Positions 17,550-26,297 of a DNA stretch of 48,435 nt are shown piece by piece; within the stretch, counting starts at the first letter, position 1; every line of letters begins with the position of its first letter. A program made the translations under genes and the position numbers. Below the pieces are notes generated by a model. It had not been told where the DNA came from, ran no database searches, and worked only from the letters and a program-made list of their open reading frames with translations. Source of the DNA: Gemmatimonadales bacterium. Its GTDB lineage: Bacteria; Gemmatimonadota; Gemmatimonadetes; Gemmatimonadales; JACORV01. The stretch is taken from the NCBI GenBank assembly GCA_017881505.1, contig JADGQW010000001.1:1-48435 (forward strand), given 5' to 3'.

Positions 17550-17578
17550 CGCCGCGGGGGGGAGCCTGTCAACGCCGC
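17538..17578 (-). repeat. Tandem 18-nt direct repeat (1 mismatch, 23-nt period) at the comEA 5' end
   Basis: Plus strand reads GGAGCCTCTCAACGCCGC (17538-17555) and GGAGCCTGTCAACGCCGC (17561-17578). Minus strand reads GCGGCGTTGA(C/G)AGGCTCC twice. Confidence 0.6.
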
Positions 17579-17591
17579 CGGATGGAGCGGA

Positions 17592-18488
17592 TCAGCGCAC
17601 GAGGGCGAGCACGACCTTCCCGACGTTGGCGAGGGAGGTCGCCGAGAGCTTGTCGGGGGTGTCGGCGGTGGTGTGCCAGTAGGTGTAGTCGAAGTCGATC
17701 ACGTCGGCGGTGTGGATCCCGGCGCCGAGGAGGGGGATGTGGTCGTCGGTCAGGGCGATCCCCTGCACCGGCTTGAAGACGTGGCCGAGGCCGATGTCCT
17801 CGGCGGTCTGCCACACCCGCTGCACGACCTCGGGGGCGCGCTCGAGCGAGTAGCCCTCCTGGGGGAACGCCTGGTCCTTGTCGCCCACCATGTCGAGGAG
17901 GACGGCGTAGAGAGGCCGGTACCCGGTGGGGAGGTGCGCCGCGAAGTAGCGCGAGCCGAGGAGATTGTCGGGCGCGTCGCCCTCGAACGTCCCGTAGTCC
18001 TCGCCGTCGACGAAGAGGAGGTCCACACCCAGGGCAGGGGGCGTGCGCTTCAGCTGATCGGCCACCCCGAGGAGGACGGCGACGCCCGAGGCACCGTCGT
18101 CCGCGCCGGGGACGGGCAGCGTCCGCTTGGCGGGGTCCGGGTCCTGGTCGGCGTGCGGCTTGGAGTCCCAGTGCGCCAGGAAGAGGACCCGGTCCCGCTC
18201 TCCGGGCCGGAAGCGCGCGATGAAGTTCCGGAGGGGGAGGGTGTCGCCCGACGCGGTGACGTGCGTGAAGGACTGGACCTCGACGCTGTCGGCCCGCTGG
18301 CGCAACTGCGCGAGGAGCCAGTCGCCGACGGCCCGGTGCGGCGCCGTGCCGGGGATGCGGGGGCCCGCGGCGACCTGGTACTCGACCCAGCGGAGCGCCT
18401 GGGGGCCGTCGAAGGGCGGCGCCGCCTGGCTGCTCCCCCGGCACGCGACGGCGAGGGCGAGGAACGCGAGGGCCACGGAGCGCATCAT
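17592..18488 (-). CDS. Lipoprotein, M28-fold metalloenzyme; glutaminyl-peptide cyclotransferase-like (Bacteroidetes PgQC type)
   Basis: 298 aa from ATG 18488 (ATGA overlap with the sprA stop). Lipobox LALAVAC. Motifs FLAHWDSKPHADQDPDP, PGADDGASGVAVLLGVA, LLFVDGEDYG and DFDYTYWHTTADT match M28/QC metal-ligand blocks. QC versus aminopeptidase cannot be decided by eye. Confidence 0.6.
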   Translation of the reverse strand: MMRSVALAFLALAVACRGSSQAAPPFDGPQALRWVEYQVAAGPRIPGTAPHRAVGDWLLAQLRQRADSVEVQSFTHVTASGDTLPLRNFIARFRPGERDRVLFLAHWDSKPHADQDPDPAKRTLPVPGADDGASGVAVLLGVADQLKRTPPALGVDLLFVDGEDYGTFEGDAPDNLLGSRYFAAHLPTGYRPLYAVLLDMVGDKDQAFPQEGYSLERAPEVVQRVWQTAEDIGLGHVFKPVQGIALTDDHIPLLGAGIHTADVIDFDYTYWHTTADTPDKLSATSLANVGKVVLALVR

Positions 18489-21400
18489 CGGGATCCCCCG
18501 GCGGAGAAGTTCACCGTCACCGACGCCGTGAACACGAACTGGGAGAACTTCCGGTTCGCGTGCGCGTCCTCCGTCACAATGTAGCTGATGCCGAGGCCGG
18601 CGGACACGTTGGGCGGCATGTCGGTGTCCATGGTGAGGTTCATCTGCCGCCGGCGGGAATCCGAGATCGACACGCAGGTGCTGTCGCCCGCCCGCGCGAT
18701 GCAGCCGGTGCTGACGCTGTTCGAGTACCGCAGCGAGGTCCGCACGTCGGAGCGCAGGGGGATCAGCTCCGGCGGCACGCGGAAGGAGAAGGAGAGGTCG
18801 GCCCCGACGTCGTTGCGGTCGCTCTGGACCACGTTCCCCGACTGGTCGGACGCGGACCGCATGTCGGAATAGCTGAAGGTCGTGATCACGCGCGGCGCCC
18901 AGTTGAGGGTCAGCGAGAGGGGCCACGACCGGGTGCTCTGCGAGGTGGTGACATCCCCCGTCGCCGACGAACCGCCGGGCAGGCCGGCGAGCAGGGCCGA
19001 CTGGACCGTCTGCGTCGCCCGCTCGCGGTACGAGGCGCTCGCGCTCACGCTGGTGAGGACCGCCCGCACCAGCGGCTGGCGGGGCGACCAGACCCAGCGC
19101 CCGGTGACGCTGGGCCAGTCGATCTCCGTCTGGCGCATCTGCGACTGCCCGTCGGCGCGGCGCGCCCAGGAGGTGCTTTCCTGGCGCAGGTAGTCCGAGG
19201 CCAGGGAGAGCCCCAGCGGCAGCCGCAGGCCCCCTGCCAGCCGGACCTCATGATCCTGCCGCGCCGCATCCGCGGGCTGGCCGCCATACGCGCGGAAGGC
19301 GTCCACCCCGCCGAGCGCGAGCTGATAGCCGAGGCCGGGCGTCACGCCGCGCTGGCTGAACTGGGAGCGCAGGCCCGAGCGGGTCGAGACGTCCACCGGA
19401 TTGAGCCGGTCGAAGAGCTTCGTCAGCAGCGACGAGTCCCTGGACAGCCCGCGCGCGAGGGCCGTGAGGTCGAGGGCAAGGCCGAGGTCCGTCGTCCGCT
19501 GGTTCTGGAAGGCCAGCGGGATGGTGAAGGCGCCCGCCGTGTCGCCGTCGACCCGCTGGGCGGACGGGGCGGTGGCGTCGCGATTGAGGTTGAACTGCGA
19601 GGCGAGGCTCGCGCGGGGCCGGAGCCAGTTCGCGAGCGCGGGTTGCCAGGTGAGGCGGGTCGCGACCACGCGCGAGCGCTCGAAGCCGACGTTCATCCCG
19701 AGGAGGCGACGGGAGTCCTGCCGGGTCAGCACCCCGATGGTGGTCGAGTCCCCGTAGTTCCGCAGGTCCCGCACCTGCGTCCAGGTGAACCCGCCGGAGA
19801 GGGAACGGAGCGGCCGCAGGTCCACTGAGACGTCCTGCTGCAGCGCGGCCTGCACCATCGACACCGACGTGGCCAGGGTGTCGCTCGAGGTGGCGACCGG
19901 CACCCGGAAGGTCTGCTGCTCCGCCGCAGTATGGTTGTACGTCGTGCTGAAGCGCACCGAGACCGGCGTCCAGGTGAGCCGCGCGTCCTCCAGGCCGCGC
20001 GCGAACGACGATCCACTGATGAACGCCGGGAGCGCCCGCACCAGCCGCACCAGGAAACCGGGCACGTACCGGAAGCTGCGCTCGGCGGGGGTCGCGGCGT
20101 AGTCGCCGCGCAGGTTGAGGAGGCTCGAGGTCCCCTGCCCCAGCTGCGTCGTGGTCGCGCTCCGCGCCCCCGACACGCTCACCGTCAGGTTGTCCACCAG
20201 CAGGCGCTGCCACCACAGGGCGCCGCGCCGCGTGCGGCGCAGGACCAGGCTGACGTTCGTCTGGGAGCTCCTGGGGCGCCGCAGCCCGTCGATCGGCCCC
20301 GCGAGCACGTCGGTGCCGCTCAGGAAGTACGGATCCTGGGACGAGCGGTCCACGCGGACGGTGAGGGGCGCGGTGAGCCCCAGGCGCTCGAGGCCGAGCT
20401 TCTCGAGCCGCACCGTCGTCGCGACGGCGAGCTGCGTCGTGCCCAGGTAGGGCGGCTGCTCGCCGATCTGGCGGAACTGCGCGTCCCGCCGGGTCATCGA
20501 GATGTTCACGTCCGCGACGTCCGACGCGGAGACGTGGAGGCTGAGGGTCCCGGCGTAGCCCGGCGTGTTCACCGCCTGCGCCAGGCGGATGTCGTCCACC
20601 CACAGCTCGGCGCTGTCGAGCGCGGGGCCACTGTCCCGGACGAAGCCCACCGCCAGCTCGCGGACCGCCGCGAGGTTGGGCGGCGAGACGCCGGGGTTCC
20701 GCACCTGCACGAGGTAGGGGCCGTCGCACGCCACGTACGCGAGAGTGTCGGCGCCGCAGCTCCTGGCGCGCGCCACGTTGGGCGGGTCGCCGCGGAGGAA
20801 GGACGCCTCGATCTGCGCCCGCAGGTCGAGCCAGTGGCCGAAGTCCACGACCGCCTCCGGGTCCCACGTCGTCGTGCGGGCGGGCGCCCGGAAGAGGTAG
20901 AAGTTGTTCTCGTCCTGCGCGACCTTGATGTAGAACGCCAGCTGGCCGCGGTCCCACCCGGCGCCGCGGCCCCGCGCCCAGACGCGCAGCTGGCGGTAGC
21001 CGAGGAAGTTCCGCGCCCCCTCCGGGAACTGGAAGAACGACTCGGCACGCTCGCCCGGCCGGACGTCGAAGCCGATGAGGCGCAGCGAGCGCTCGTTGAT
21101 CTGCACCTGGCCGACCGAGAGATTGCCGGTCGTGCTCTCGCCCGCGTCAGTGACGCCGGGGGGCGGCACGTAGCCGAGGTCGGCCTGGTTCTCCGTGCTC
21201 ACGACGCTCGCGACCACCTCGCCGTGCGCGCTGCCGGCCGCGCCGTCGAGGCCCGGGATGGGCGTCGCCGCCCGCTTCACCCAAGGGGCGCCCACGAGCT
21301 TGACGCGCGCCAGGGCGAAGTACACCGCGTGCTCGGGGGTGCCGCCGCCCGGCACCACGAGGGTCATCCGCAACTGCTGGATCAGCCGGATGTTCGGCGC

Positions 21401-24400
21401 CCCCACCTGGATCGTGTCGCTCCGGAAGGGGATCCGGTACAGCCGCCACCGCCCGGCCGCGGCCGAGTCGGTGCCGGCGACGGTCGCGCCGTCGCGGACG
21501 TAGTAGCGGTCGTCCCCGATGGGGAAGACGTACCGGAAGTACGACTCCCCGGTCGCGGTGATGAGGGTGTCGAGGTGCCCGTCCCCGTTCAGGTCGTCGC
21601 TGTCCACCTGGCCATTGTGCCGCGTGCAGTGCTCGCCGAGGTCGCCCCAGGGATAGACCACCAGCCCCCGGCTCATCCGCGACTCGCACAGCGGGACGGC
21701 GTGTTCCATGACGCCGGTGGTCGTGTTGAGGATGCTGTCCGCGACGTCGCCGAGGATGCCGTTATCATTGACCGACGCGTTCCACGCCCCGGTGAGGGTG
21801 TCGCGCTCGGTCTGCAGCCTCCCCTCGTGGGCGCGGCGGCGGCCGCTGAAGACCGTGTCCCCCTGCGCCGTGACCGCGAGCCGGTTGGGGAGGAAGTCCA
21901 CGGCGTCCTCGTACACCGTACCGAAGTCGAACGCGAGCGTCGCGCCGGCCGCGCGCGCGGTGCGCTGGTTGTCCTCGTACACCCACAGCTCGAGGTACTC
22001 GACGCGGGAGAGGTCCACGCCCGTCGCCGACAGCGGCTGGGTGATCGAGCGCCAGCGCGGGCCGTCGGTGTGCGGTACGTACCAGCGGATCCGGCCCGTG
22101 TTCGCGTCGGGCAGTCCGCCGACCGTGTCGGTGTACATCAGGTCCCAGAGCACCGGCTCGTACGTCGTCCCCGCCCCCTGCACCACGATGGACGGGTCGA
22201 TCTCGTTGGGGCGGAACTGCACGATGCCGGTGGACGTCTGGATGAGGTTCTGCCAGGTGAACGGGACGGCGTCCTGGTCCTGGAACCCGAGAACCGGGTC
22301 GATGCCGTGGGCTTCGAGCCCCCGCGCCGAGCCGGGCCGGCTGCCGTACTCCCAGAGGTTCTCGCCGAGGGAGAGGAAGGTGCCGCCCTCCTCCTCGAAC
22401 GTCTCCACGTATGCGACGCCGAGCTGGTTCGGCGAAGGGCGGGAGGTCGCCAGCTCGGCGTCGAGGGTGACCGCCGAGGGGGCGTCGGTGCGGACGAAGG
22501 GCAGCGCCTGGACCAGCCGGGTGAGCCCGTCGGGCGCGAAGCGGAAATTGCCGGTGATCCCGCCGACGAAGTGCGACGAGGGCTCGAACCCGAGTGGCGG
22601 CCGGGTGAAGGTCGTGCGCTGGCGCTGCAGCAGGCCGAGCGCGGTCAAGCTGCCGTGTTCGCCGAAGTCGTAGCGCGTCTCGAGCCCGTAGATGGAGGTC
22701 GGCGCGATGGCGAAGGTCGGCTGCTCCTCGTACTGGACGCTGACGCTCGTCGGGCCCTGGAAGAGGGAGTCGGGCGCCGTGAAGGTGACCTGCCCGACCT
22801 CGTAGTTGATCGTGTAGTCCACGTTGCGCGTCAGCGGCCGGCCGGCCGCCGTGATGACCTCGCTCCCCTCGCGGATCTGGAAGCCCCCGAGCGAGAGCAC
22901 GGCGCGGTTGTCGCCCCCCTGCGCGTCGTAGTGGAACTGCAGCGTATAGAGGGGCGTCGGGCCCTGCGTCCGCAGGAGGTAGGTCGGCGTCCGGTACAGC
23001 GAGTCGTTGCGGAACTCCGCCGGGAGCGCGGTGCTGTCGGCGAACGGCTGGAGCTTCGGGAAGACGATATAGTAGTCCTTGATGGGCGCGCCGGAGCCGG
23101 GGTCGCGGCTCCGCGGGAACACCCGGTTGAACTGGTCGAGCGTCGTCGCGTCGGTCTGCAGTGCGAGCCCGAGCTGGGCCAGGAAGGTCGCGGCGCCGGT
23201 GGCCGGCCGCTCCGATTCGCCGACCAGGATCCGCAGCCGCGCGGTCTCCCGCACCACGTCCCCCTGCGCGCCGAGCCGGTAGAAGTTCCGCATCTCGTAG
23301 CGGAAGGTGGGGACGTCGGCGTCGCGCCGCGGCTCGTAGATGAGCCGCAGCGTATCCACCCGCCCCGCCGCCGCCTTGGCGGGGAAGGTCCCGACGGTGT
23401 CGCCGGACGCGGTCACGTAGGAGACGGCGAGGTAGTCGTCCTGGTCGAGGCGCGCGGCGAGGCCGATCCACAGGCCCGAGGCGTCCAGGAAGTAGTCCCG
23501 CCCCTCGATGAGGAGCTCCCAGGGGAACGGTCCGGCGCGCTGCGGGGAGTCGTTCCGCAACGCGACGGCGCTGATGCCGCTCAGGTTCTGCTCGGCGGTC
23601 CCCGCGGTGTTCAGGCGGCTGCGCCGGCGGTACACCCGCACCTGGGTGACCTGCCCCGACGCGGGGAGGACGGCCTGCGTCAGCCCCAGCACGTCCACGC
23701 CGGGGTACCCCGGAATGGTCCGGGGGTCCACCACGAAGAAGAAGCGCAGCGGCTCGAAGTCGCGGTCGGCCACGGCGCGGTCGAGGGGCTGGACGGTCCG
23801 ATCGCCGATGGTGAAGGTGCGGCCCCGGACGACGTTGCCCTTCTGCTGCGCGAAGATGCCGGTGAAGTCGAGCGCGCCGACCTGGCCCTGCACCTGGACG
23901 CCGAAGTTGTTCGAGGGGATGCCCGCGGTGATGAAGCGCGACGGGGGCACGGCGAAGGTCACGTTCCCGAGGTCCACCCGCCGCAGGACCTCGTCCTCCA
24001 GGCCCTGGTAGTAGACCTGGATGTTGTTGGACGCCTCGAACTCGCGCTTGCTGTCGTAGTCCACGTTGAGGTGCACCCGCTGGCCGACGACGCCTCCCGA
24101 GCGCACATTGAACTGCGGGTCGAAGCTCGGCGGGTTGAGCTGGTTGCGGCAGCCGGAGCCGAGGTCGTTGGCCTCCGCCGGTGTGCAGCGCAGGTTCTTC
24201 ATCTGGTCGAACCGGAGCTCGAAGCGCGCCGACATCAGCAGGTCGAGGTCGGCGATGCGGCTGATGACCTGGGGCTGCGGCGGCGCCTCGGAAGGCATGG
24301 GCGAGGGGCCCTGCGGCGGCGCGGCGGGCGCGGCGGCCGGGACGGACGCCAGGCTCCGGTCGCCGCCCAGGAGCAACCCGCGCCACATCGCCGCGTCGCG

Positions 24401-24634
24401 CCGGGCGAGTCGCGCGCGCAGATCCGCTGCCCAGTCCCGCGCCACGGTCGCCGCGTCGGGACGCCGCGCCGCGAGGCGCCCCCCGGGGGCGATGTCGGCG
24501 GGGAGCACCAGGCGCAGCGGGTCCCGCCGCAGCCGCAGGCGGCGCACGCCCGCGAGCGTGTCGGGTTGCTGCGCGGCGAGGCGGGGAGCGGAGAGGAGGG
24601 CGAGGAGCGCGAGCGCGAGGAGCGATCGCGCCAC
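18485..24634 (-). CDS. sprA: SprA/Sov-family T9SS outer-membrane translocon
   Basis: 2049 aa with signal peptide ...SAPRLAA|QQ. The N-terminal block HLNVDYDSKREFEASNNIQVYYQGLEDEVLRRVDLGNVTFAVP...FGVQVQGQVGALDFTGIFAQQKGN matches the conserved SprA_N signature as I recall it. Giant beta-rich protein. GTG start. Confidence 0.85.
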   Translation of the reverse strand: MARSLLALALLALLSAPRLAAQQPDTLAGVRRLRLRRDPLRLVLPADIAPGGRLAARRPDAATVARDWAADLRARLARRDAAMWRGLLLGGDRSLASVPAAAPAAPPQGPSPMPSEAPPQPQVISRIADLDLLMSARFELRFDQMKNLRCTPAEANDLGSGCRNQLNPPSFDPQFNVRSGGVVGQRVHLNVDYDSKREFEASNNIQVYYQGLEDEVLRRVDLGNVTFAVPPSRFITAGIPSNNFGVQVQGQVGALDFTGIFAQQKGNVVRGRTFTIGDRTVQPLDRAVADRDFEPLRFFFVVDPRTIPGYPGVDVLGLTQAVLPASGQVTQVRVYRRRSRLNTAGTAEQNLSGISAVALRNDSPQRAGPFPWELLIEGRDYFLDASGLWIGLAARLDQDDYLAVSYVTASGDTVGTFPAKAAAGRVDTLRLIYEPRRDADVPTFRYEMRNFYRLGAQGDVVRETARLRILVGESERPATGAATFLAQLGLALQTDATTLDQFNRVFPRSRDPGSGAPIKDYYIVFPKLQPFADSTALPAEFRNDSLYRTPTYLLRTQGPTPLYTLQFHYDAQGGDNRAVLSLGGFQIREGSEVITAAGRPLTRNVDYTINYEVGQVTFTAPDSLFQGPTSVSVQYEEQPTFAIAPTSIYGLETRYDFGEHGSLTALGLLQRQRTTFTRPPLGFEPSSHFVGGITGNFRFAPDGLTRLVQALPFVRTDAPSAVTLDAELATSRPSPNQLGVAYVETFEEEGGTFLSLGENLWEYGSRPGSARGLEAHGIDPVLGFQDQDAVPFTWQNLIQTSTGIVQFRPNEIDPSIVVQGAGTTYEPVLWDLMYTDTVGGLPDANTGRIRWYVPHTDGPRWRSITQPLSATGVDLSRVEYLELWVYEDNQRTARAAGATLAFDFGTVYEDAVDFLPNRLAVTAQGDTVFSGRRRAHEGRLQTERDTLTGAWNASVNDNGILGDVADSILNTTTGVMEHAVPLCESRMSRGLVVYPWGDLGEHCTRHNGQVDSDDLNGDGHLDTLITATGESYFRYVFPIGDDRYYVRDGATVAGTDSAAAGRWRLYRIPFRSDTIQVGAPNIRLIQQLRMTLVVPGGGTPEHAVYFALARVKLVGAPWVKRAATPIPGLDGAAGSAHGEVVASVVSTENQADLGYVPPPGVTDAGESTTGNLSVGQVQINERSLRLIGFDVRPGERAESFFQFPEGARNFLGYRQLRVWARGRGAGWDRGQLAFYIKVAQDENNFYLFRAPARTTTWDPEAVVDFGHWLDLRAQIEASFLRGDPPNVARARSCGADTLAYVACDGPYLVQVRNPGVSPPNLAAVRELAVGFVRDSGPALDSAELWVDDIRLAQAVNTPGYAGTLSLHVSASDVADVNISMTRRDAQFRQIGEQPPYLGTTQLAVATTVRLEKLGLERLGLTAPLTVRVDRSSQDPYFLSGTDVLAGPIDGLRRPRSSQTNVSLVLRRTRRGALWWQRLLVDNLTVSVSGARSATTTQLGQGTSSLLNLRGDYAATPAERSFRYVPGFLVRLVRALPAFISGSSFARGLEDARLTWTPVSVRFSTTYNHTAAEQQTFRVPVATSSDTLATSVSMVQAALQQDVSVDLRPLRSLSGGFTWTQVRDLRNYGDSTTIGVLTRQDSRRLLGMNVGFERSRVVATRLTWQPALANWLRPRASLASQFNLNRDATAPSAQRVDGDTAGAFTIPLAFQNQRTTDLGLALDLTALARGLSRDSSLLTKLFDRLNPVDVSTRSGLRSQFSQRGVTPGLGYQLALGGVDAFRAYGGQPADAARQDHEVRLAGGLRLPLGLSLASDYLRQESTSWARRADGQSQMRQTEIDWPSVTGRWVWSPRQPLVRAVLTSVSASASYRERATQTVQSALLAGLPGGSSATGDVTTSQSTRSWPLSLTLNWAPRVITTFSYSDMRSASDQSGNVVQSDRNDVGADLSFSFRVPPELIPLRSDVRTSLRYSNSVSTGCIARAGDSTCVSISDSRRRQMNLTMDTDMPPNVSAGLGISYIVTEDAHANRKFSQFVFTASVTVNFSAGGSR

Positions 24635-24661
24635 CTTCGTCCCCGACGCGGGTAAGACTGG

Positions 24662-24675
24662 AAACGTATACGTTT
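24662..24675. promoter_or_regulatory. Perfect 14-bp palindrome (candidate operator) in the sprA/lptF divergent region
   Basis: AAACGTATACGTTT starts 5 nt downstream of the predicted sprA -10, so it overlaps the expected transcription start. It is AT-rich in a GC-rich genome. Confidence 0.5.
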
Positions 24676-24679
24676 GGCG

Positions 24680-24708
24680 AATATACGAGCGCCCCAGAGG
24701 CCTCTCAA
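24680..24708 (-). promoter_or_regulatory. Sigma-70-type promoter for sprA
   Basis: Minus strand reads TTGAGA-N17-TATATT, about 45 nt upstream of the sprA GTG. Confidence 0.5.
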
Positions 24709-24734
24709 CCCCGAGGGAACGGCCGGAACCGTCC

Positions 24735-26297
24735 GTGAGACTCCTTTCCCGCTACCTGCTCCGCGAATGCGTCGGGCCGTTCGTCTTCGCCCTCGGCGCA
24801 CTCACCGGCCTCATGCTGGTGAACCAGATCGCCCGGGACTTCAGCGACCTGGTCGGGAAAGGGCTCTCGTGGGGCGTGATCGGCGAGGTCTTCGCCCTCT
24901 CCGTGCCGTTCATCGTGGCGATGACGCTCCCGATGGCGGTGCTCGTGGCGGTGCTGTTCGCCTTCAGCAGGCTCGGCGCCGACAACGAGGTCACCGCCCT
25001 CAAGGCGAGCGGGGTCAACCTGGTGCGGCTGGTGATGCCGGTCCTCGCCGCCGGGGCGGGCCTGGCCGCGATCAACTTCGCGTTCAACGACCAGGTGCTG
25101 CCGCGCACCAACCACAAGCTCCGCACCCTCACCGTGGACATCGCCCGGAAGAAGCCCACCTTCGAGCTCCGGGAGCAGATGATCAACGCGGTCATCCCGG
25201 GGCAGTACTACCTCCGCGCGGGCCGCATCGACCAGGCGACGGACCGGCTCCGCGAGGTGGTGATCTACGACCTGGCGAACCCCGACCGCCGCCGCACGAT
25301 CTACGCCGACAGCGGCTTCATGCGGTTCGCCCTCGCGGAGGGGCGGACCGACCTGCGCCTGACGCTGTTCGACGGGTACGTGCACGACTACGACCGCGCG
25401 CAGCCCGGGCTCTTCCGCCGCATCTTCTTCCATACCGACTACGTGCGCCTGCGGGGCGTCACCAACCAGTTCCAGCGCACCGGCGAGGACACCTACAAGG
25501 GCGACCGGGAGATGTCGGTGTGCGAGATGGAGATCAGCGCCGCCGCGGGCGAGGTGGCGCTGGCGACCACCGAGTTGCAGCTCCGGGTCGCGCGCGAGAA
25601 CGACGTGCGCGGCCTCCTCGGCCTGCGCCCCGCCGCCATGGGGCCGCCCCCCCCGGCCCCCCGCCGCCTGCTGACCATCGCGCCGTACTGCCGCGCCCTC
25701 GGGGCCGCGGCTCGCTGGCTGGCGCCCACCCCCGCGCGCGCCGACACTATCCCGCGGGACTCCCTCCGCCGCCTCGTCGGCCTCCCGCCGGGGACCCCCG
25801 GGTTCGTCGCCGGACCCGCCGTCGCCCCCCGGCCGCGTCCCGCCGACGTGCCGGGCTTCCAGCTCCGGAGCCAGCGCGAGATGCTCGGGTCCCAGCGGGT
25901 CATCAACGCGGCGACCCTCGCGCGCTACCGGGTGGAGATCCACAAGAAGTTCTCGATCCCGGCCATGTGCATCGTCTTCGTGCTGATCGGCGCGCCGCTC
26001 GCCCTGCGCTTCCCCCGGGGCGGCGTCGGCCTCGTCATCGGGGCCAGCGCCGGGATATTCGGACTGTACTACGTCGGCCTGATCGGCGGGGAGTCGCTCG
26101 CCGACAAGCTCATCCTCTCGGCCTTCTGGGCCATGTGGGGACCGAACCTGCTCATGACCGCTGTCGGCGCGGCGCTCTTCCTGCGCCTGGGCCGCGAGCA
26201 CGCCTCCGCCCGCGGGAGCGAGTGGATGGACCGCCTCGCCGCCGCCCGCGACGCGTTCCGGGCGCGGCGCGCCGCCCGGCGCCGGAGGGCCGCATGA
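24735..26297 (+). CDS. lptF: LptF/LptG-family LPS export permease with enlarged periplasmic/linker region
   Basis: 520 aa from GTG 24735 (VRLLSRYLLRECVGPFVFAL..., YjgP/YjgQ N-terminus). Motifs LGADNEVTALKASGV and RVEIHKKFSIPAMCIVFVLIGAPLA. The track ORF start at 24066 is an artefactual extension. Confidence 0.85.
   Translation: MRLLSRYLLRECVGPFVFALGALTGLMLVNQIARDFSDLVGKGLSWGVIGEVFALSVPFIVAMTLPMAVLVAVLFAFSRLGADNEVTALKASGVNLVRLVMPVLAAGAGLAAINFAFNDQVLPRTNHKLRTLTVDIARKKPTFELREQMINAVIPGQYYLRAGRIDQATDRLREVVIYDLANPDRRRTIYADSGFMRFALAEGRTDLRLTLFDGYVHDYDRAQPGLFRRIFFHTDYVRLRGVTNQFQRTGEDTYKGDREMSVCEMEISAAAGEVALATTELQLRVARENDVRGLLGLRPAAMGPPPPAPRRLLTIAPYCRALGAAARWLAPTPARADTIPRDSLRRLVGLPPGTPGFVAGPAVAPRPRPADVPGFQLRSQREMLGSQRVINAATLARYRVEIHKKFSIPAMCIVFVLIGAPLALRFPRGGVGLVIGASAGIFGLYYVGLIGGESLADKLILSAFWAMWGPNLLMTAVGAALFLRLGREHASARGSEWMDRLAAARDAFRARRAARRRRAA

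Noticed and set aside
19931-24655. 1574-aa ORF on the plus strand (plus many others such as 571..2646+, 2565..4607+, 4016..6127-, 14817..17075+, 28057..30750+, 33267..35138-, 42614..45091+).
   Set aside because: These lie antisense or out of frame to genes with clear homology-type motifs. Their translations are Arg/Gly/Pro/Asp/His/Glu-rich low-complexity with no recognisable motifs, the classic shadow ORFs of high-GC DNA.
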